DNA of 64,000 nt from Clostridiales bacterium (GTDB taxonomy: Bacteria; Bacillota; Clostridia; Caldicoprobacterales; UBA3941): NCBI GenBank assembly GCA_012735575.1, contig JAAYGY010000056.1, positions 29,360 through 93,359 of the forward strand, in the 5' to 3' direction. How positions within the stretch are numbered: position 1 is the stretch's first letter; every line of letters begins with the position of its first letter. Below the pieces are notes generated by a model. It was not told the DNA's origin. It worked only from the letters and a program-made list of their open reading frames with translations, and made no database searches. Made by a program: the position numbers and the translations under genes. Shown here one piece after another: positions 60,310-64,000 of the stretch.

Positions 60310-60338
60310 TTGCATATTTATGCATTTTTATGTATAAT
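60310..60338 (+). promoter_or_regulatory. argGH promoter overlapped by an ARG-box-like palindrome
   Basis: Plus strand TTGCAT-17 nt-TATAAT; TGCATA-tt-TATGCA inverted repeat (60311-60324) covers the -35 and spacer. Confidence 0.55.
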
Positions 60339-60367
60339 AATTTATAATTTGAAAAGGAGGTTTTTTT

Positions 60368-61579
60368 ATGTCACAAAAACAAAAAGTAGTTCTTGCTTAT
60401 TCAGGTGGATTGGATACATCCATTATAATACCTTGGCTCAAAGAAAACTATGATTATGAGGTTATTGCCGTAGCAGGTGATGTTGGCCAGGGCGAAGAGC
60501 TAGCCCCTTTAAAAGAAAAGGCTATTAATACGGGAGCCAGCAAAATTTATATTGAAGATTTACAAGAGGAGTTTGTAACAGACTTTATCTTTCCTACTCT
60601 AAAAGCTGGTGCTATTTACGAGGGCAAATATCTTCTTGGCACTTCCATGGCACGTCCTGTTATAGCAAAGCGATTAGTAGAAATAGCTGAAAAGGAAGGC
60701 GCCATAGCTATTGCTCATGGAGCAACAGGTAAGGGCAATGACCAGGTCCGATTTGAACTAACTATAAAAGCACTTAATCCTCACCTAAAAATTATCGCTC
60801 CCTGGCGAATTTGGGATATAAAATCTCGGGAAGACGCAATAGACTATGCCAAAGAACGAAATATACCCATTCCAGTTACTAAAGAACATCCATATAGTAT
60901 GGATAGGAATCTCTGGCACTTGAGCCATGAAGGTGGGGATCTAGAAGATCCATGGAATGAGGCGCAGGAGAATGTATATCTCATATGTACCCCACCCCAT
61001 CTGGCACCAGATGAACCAGAATATGTTGAAATAGATTTTGAAGAGGGAATTCCCGTTGCAGTTAACGGACAAAAATATAAACCAGTTGAATTAATAGAAA
61101 CCCTTAACAAAATTGGTGCTAAACATGGTATTGGAATTGCTGACATGGTAGAAAACCGCTTAGTGGGAATGAAGTCTAGGGGCGTTTATGAAACCCCGGG
61201 AGGAACTATATTATACGCTGCCCATCATGAATTAGAGAGCATTACCTTAGACCGAGCTACTTTCCAATACAAACAGCAAATCGCCATTAAGTTTGCTGAG
61301 TTGGTATACGATGGCAACTGGTATACTCCTCTTAGGGAAGCCCTGTCTGCCTTTGTGGATAGTACTCAAAAAACTGTTACTGGTACTGTAAGGCTTAAGC
61401 TATACAAAGGTAATTGTACTCCTGCTGGCGTTAAGTCTCTTTACTCCCTCTACAGCGAGGAGTTTGCTACATTTGGTGAAGATAGCGTATATAACCAAAA
61501 AGACGCAGAAGGCTTTATTAATCTCTTTGGATTGCCTCTAACAATACGAGCATTAATGGAAGAAAAAAGGAAGGGTTGA
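60368..61579 (+). CDS. argG: Argininosuccinate synthase
   Basis: 403 aa; [12 protein letters not shown]-binding motif, [13 protein letters not shown]; AAGGAGG RBS. Confidence 0.95.
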   Translation: MSQKQKVVLAYSGGLDTSIIIPWLKENYDYEVIAVAGDVGQGEELAPLKEKAINTGASKIYIEDLQEEFVTDFIFPTLKAGAIYEGKYLLGTSMARPVIAKRLVEIAEKEGAIAIAHGATGKGNDQVRFELTIKALNPHLKIIAPWRIWDIKSREDAIDYAKERNIPIPVTKEHPYSMDRNLWHLSHEGGDLEDPWNEAQENVYLICTPPHLAPDEPEYVEIDFEEGIPVAVNGQKYKPVELIETLNKIGAKHGIGIADMVENRLVGMKSRGVYETPGGTILYAAHHELESITLDRATFQYKQQIAIKFAELVYDGNWYTPLREALSAFVDSTQKTVTGTVRLKLYKGNCTPAGVKSLYSLYSEEFATFGEDSVYNQKDAEGFINLFGLPLTIRALMEEKRKG

Positions 61580-61581
61580 CA

Positions 61582-62964
61582 ATGAAACTATGGGGAGGAC
61601 GGTTTGAAAAACAAACCGCCAAGGAAGTAGACGATTTCCATTCATCTATTCATTTTGACTATAGATTATATAAACAAGATATATTAGGAAGCATTGCTCA
61701 TGCAAAAATGCTGGGTAAGCAAGGTATAATCTCCCTGGAAGAATCTCAAAAGCTAGTCTCAGGTCTAGAAAAAATATTAAAGGATATAGAGAATGGACAG
61801 GTAAAATTTAGTATATCTAACGAAGATATCCATATGAATATAGAAAACTTGTTGATTCAAGAAATTGGCGAGGTAGGAAAAAAACTCCACACTGGTCGGA
61901 GTAGAAATGATCAGGTAGCTTTAGATGTCCGCATGTATACCAAAGATATGATAAACCAAATAATAGGCCTACTTGTAAACCTGGAAAAAGCGTTGGTAAA
62001 AATAGCCCAGGAGCATACTCTAACCATTATGCCAGGCTATACTCATCTTCAAAAAGCTCAGCCCATTACCCTGGCCCATCATCTCATGGCCTATTTTGAA
62101 ATGTTTAGGCGAGATATTGAAAGATTATTAGACTGCAAAAAGCGAGTTGATTCTATGCCACTAGGATCAGGTGCTTTAGCTTCAACTACCTATGCCCTAG
62201 ATAGGAATTGGGTAGCCCAAGAGTTAGGTTTTTCATCCATTACTAGAAATAGTCTTGACGCCGTTAGCGACCGTGATTTTATTATAGAATTTTTAAGTTG
62301 CTGCGCTATAATTATGATGCATCTTAGCCGATTTTGCGAGGAGCTTATATTATGGGCTAGTCAAGAATTTCAATTTGCGGAAATGGATGATGGATACAGC
62401 ACCGGAAGCAGCATTATGCCACAAAAGAAAAACCCTGATGTTGCTGAATTGATCCGAGGCAAGACTGGACGGGTGTATGGAAATCTTGTTACTATACTAA
62501 CTGTTATGAAAGCCTTACCCTTGGCTTACAACAAGGATATGCAGGAAGACAAGGAAGCACTTTTTGATAGCATAGATACTGTTATAAAATGTATAGACAT
62601 CTTCACCCATATGATTAAGACCACTACTTTTAATAAAGAGAAAATGTATGATCAAGCTTCTAAAGGCTTTACCAATGCTACCGATGCAGCTGACTACTTA
62701 GTTAAGAAAGGTCTTCCCTTTAGAAGTGCACATGAGGTAGTGGGAAAATTAGTTCTTTATTGTATAAAAGAGGGGAAATCTTTATTGGATTTATCCTTAG
62801 ATGAATACAAAGAATTTTCCTCCATATTTGAAGAAGATATCTTTGATGCCATATCTTTAGAAACCTGTGTAAACCAGAGAAATGTACCAGGGGGGCCTTC
62901 CCCATCTTATATGAAATCTGCAATTGAGGAAGCTTCAAAATGGTTAGAGGAAATAAGTAAGTAG
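61582..62964 (+). CDS. argH: Argininosuccinate lyase
   Basis: [11 protein letters not shown]-terminus, fumarate-lyase signature [12 protein letters not shown]; ATG 61582 preferred over TTG 61576. Confidence 0.95.
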   Translation: MKLWGGRFEKQTAKEVDDFHSSIHFDYRLYKQDILGSIAHAKMLGKQGIISLEESQKLVSGLEKILKDIENGQVKFSISNEDIHMNIENLLIQEIGEVGKKLHTGRSRNDQVALDVRMYTKDMINQIIGLLVNLEKALVKIAQEHTLTIMPGYTHLQKAQPITLAHHLMAYFEMFRRDIERLLDCKKRVDSMPLGSGALASTTYALDRNWVAQELGFSSITRNSLDAVSDRDFIIEFLSCCAIIMMHLSRFCEELILWASQEFQFAEMDDGYSTGSSIMPQKKNPDVAELIRGKTGRVYGNLVTILTVMKALPLAYNKDMQEDKEALFDSIDTVIKCIDIFTHMIKTTTFNKEKMYDQASKGFTNATDAADYLVKKGLPFRSAHEVVGKLVLYCIKEGKSLLDLSLDEYKEFSSIFEEDIFDAISLETCVNQRNVPGGPSPSYMKSAIEEASKWLEEISK

Positions 62965-62976
62965 TAGAAGAATAAT

Positions 62977-63014
62977 AAAAGGGCAAAGAACTTTTGGTTT
63001 CTTGCCCTTTTATT
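62977..63014. terminator. Bidirectional terminator between convergent argH and metQ
   Basis: AAAAGGGCAAAGAAC-TTTTG-GTTTCTTGCCCTTTTATTATTTTT: imperfect GC-containing stem flanked by A-run and T-run. Confidence 0.75.
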
Positions 63015-63018
63015 ATTT

Positions 63019-63957
63019 TTATTCAAGAGGTACTACTGCACCCTCATATGTGTCATTTATGAACTTCTTAATTTCTTCGCTTTTCAAAACTTCCACAAGA
63101 GCTTTTATAGCTTCATTATCCTCATTTCCCTTTTTCACCGCTACCACATTACCATAAGTTGTAGCACCGATAGAGTCAGCATCCTCAGTTGCCAAAGCGT
63201 CTTTAGCGACTTTTAATCCAGCTTCGATAGCGTAGTTTCCGTTGATAACAGCAATATCAACGTCTTGGAGAGAATGAGGTATCTGAGCAGCTTCTATTTC
63301 TATAATCTCTAAGTTTTTTGGATTTTCAGAAATATCGTTTACAGTTGCTTTGAGCCCAGCATCCTCTTTTAGTTTAATTAACCCTTGAGCCTCAAGTAAG
63401 AGCAAGGCTCTTGCTTCATTGGTAGTATCATTGGGAACTGCCACTGTTGCTCCATCCTTTAATTCATCTAAAGAAGCTGTTTTTCCAGCGTATATGCCAA
63501 AAGGCTCATAGTGAATGATTGCAATTGATACTAGATCGGTCCCTTTTTCTTCATTGAAAGCATCAAGATATGGTTGATGCTGGAAATAATTTGCATCTAA
63601 TTCTCCATCATTTACAGCAATATTAGGTTGAACATAGTCAGTGAATTCTACAACATCAAGAGTATATCCTTTGGTTTTTAAAATTTCATTGGCCTTTTCG
63701 AGAATTTCTGCATGAGGAGCAGGAGTAGCACCAATTTTTATCACAGTATTCTCTTCTGAAGATCCATTATCGTTTTCCTTATCTGCATTATTTTCGTTAG
63801 TAGAATTGCTATTTCCTTCCTGATTAACAGCAAAATTTTCTGAAGCCCTTTCCTCTGAAGAGTCATTTTTGCCTTCACGACCGGCAGTAGCACAACCAGC
63901 TAATAATACTAAGGATAGAATAATTGAAATAATAGTTAATAAAATTTTCTTATTCAT
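63019..63957 (-). CDS. metQ: MetQ/NlpA-family lipoprotein (methionine ABC substrate-binding protein)
   Basis: Lipobox LLAGC after signal peptide, low-complexity N/E/S linker, NlpA domain (KIGATPAPHAEIL, VAVPNDTTNEARALLLL); ATG 63957 with GGAGG RBS. Confidence 0.85.
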   Translation of the reverse strand: MNKKILLTIISIILSLVLLAGCATAGREGKNDSSEERASENFAVNQEGNSNSTNENNADKENDNGSSEENTVIKIGATPAPHAEILEKANEILKTKGYTLDVVEFTDYVQPNIAVNDGELDANYFQHQPYLDAFNEEKGTDLVSIAIIHYEPFGIYAGKTASLDELKDGATVAVPNDTTNEARALLLLEAQGLIKLKEDAGLKATVNDISENPKNLEIIEIEAAQIPHSLQDVDIAVINGNYAIEAGLKVAKDALATEDADSIGATTYGNVVAVKKGNEDNEAIKALVEVLKSEEIKKFINDTYEGAVVPLE

Positions 63958-64000
63958 CACTTTACCTCCATACTACATTTTTTAATATTAAATTTATTTA

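Overview
This is a low-GC chromosomal core region of Firmicutes/Clostridia type, almost entirely transcribed on the minus strand. All calls come from reading the sequence and recalling motifs; no searches were run.

- **1-26389:** one contiguous fla/che operon of about 26 kb, read on the minus strand as flgB-flgC-fliE-fliF-fliG-fliH-fliI-fliJ-(ylxF-like)-fliK-flgD-flgE-flbD-motA-motB-fliL-fliM-fliY-cheY-fliO-fliP-fliQ-fliR-flhB-flhA-flhF-flhG-PilZ-cheA-cheW-cheC-cheD (cheD is partial).
- **26.6-60.2 kb:** a housekeeping block whose order mirrors, as I recall it, the B. subtilis ruvAB-queA-tgt-yajC ... secDF-recJ-apt-relA-dtd ... hisS-aspS ... rarA-cymR-nifS-mnmA ... alaS-yrzL-yrrK-yrzB region. 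The genes are ruvCAB, queA, tgt, yajC, a membrane protein, the SCIFF peptide, secDF, recJ, apt, relA, dtd, an MBL hydrolase, hemZ-like, hisS-aspS (T-box), rseC-like, trxA, glyA, rarA, an Rrf2 regulator with nifS-nifU-mnmA, a PRC-barrel protein, a small YtxH-like ORF, an AI-2E transporter, alaS (T-box), ireB, an aldo/keto reductase-ferredoxin fusion, ruvX and DUF1292.
- **60.4-64 kb:** argG-argH on the plus strand, then a convergent metQ-type lipoprotein.

I saw no tRNA or rRNA genes, CRISPR arrays, mobile elements or defence/accessory island, and I did not find a convincing novel multi-gene system.

The observations most worth a second look are:
1. A SCIFF ranthipeptide precursor gene with its own promoter and terminator, but no adjacent radical-SAM maturase.
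2. mnmA interrupted by a single in-frame TAG while otherwise intact.
3. tgt, whose conserved N-terminus has no canonical start codon (probable ATT start).
4. A triple TAGTAAATT motif around the Rrf2/nifS promoter.
5. A hisS-aspS T-box whose specifier looks like Asp GAC.
6. Several clean palindromes and tandem repeats in the yajC-secD promoter regions.
7. An unannotated 56-aa YtxH-like ORF.
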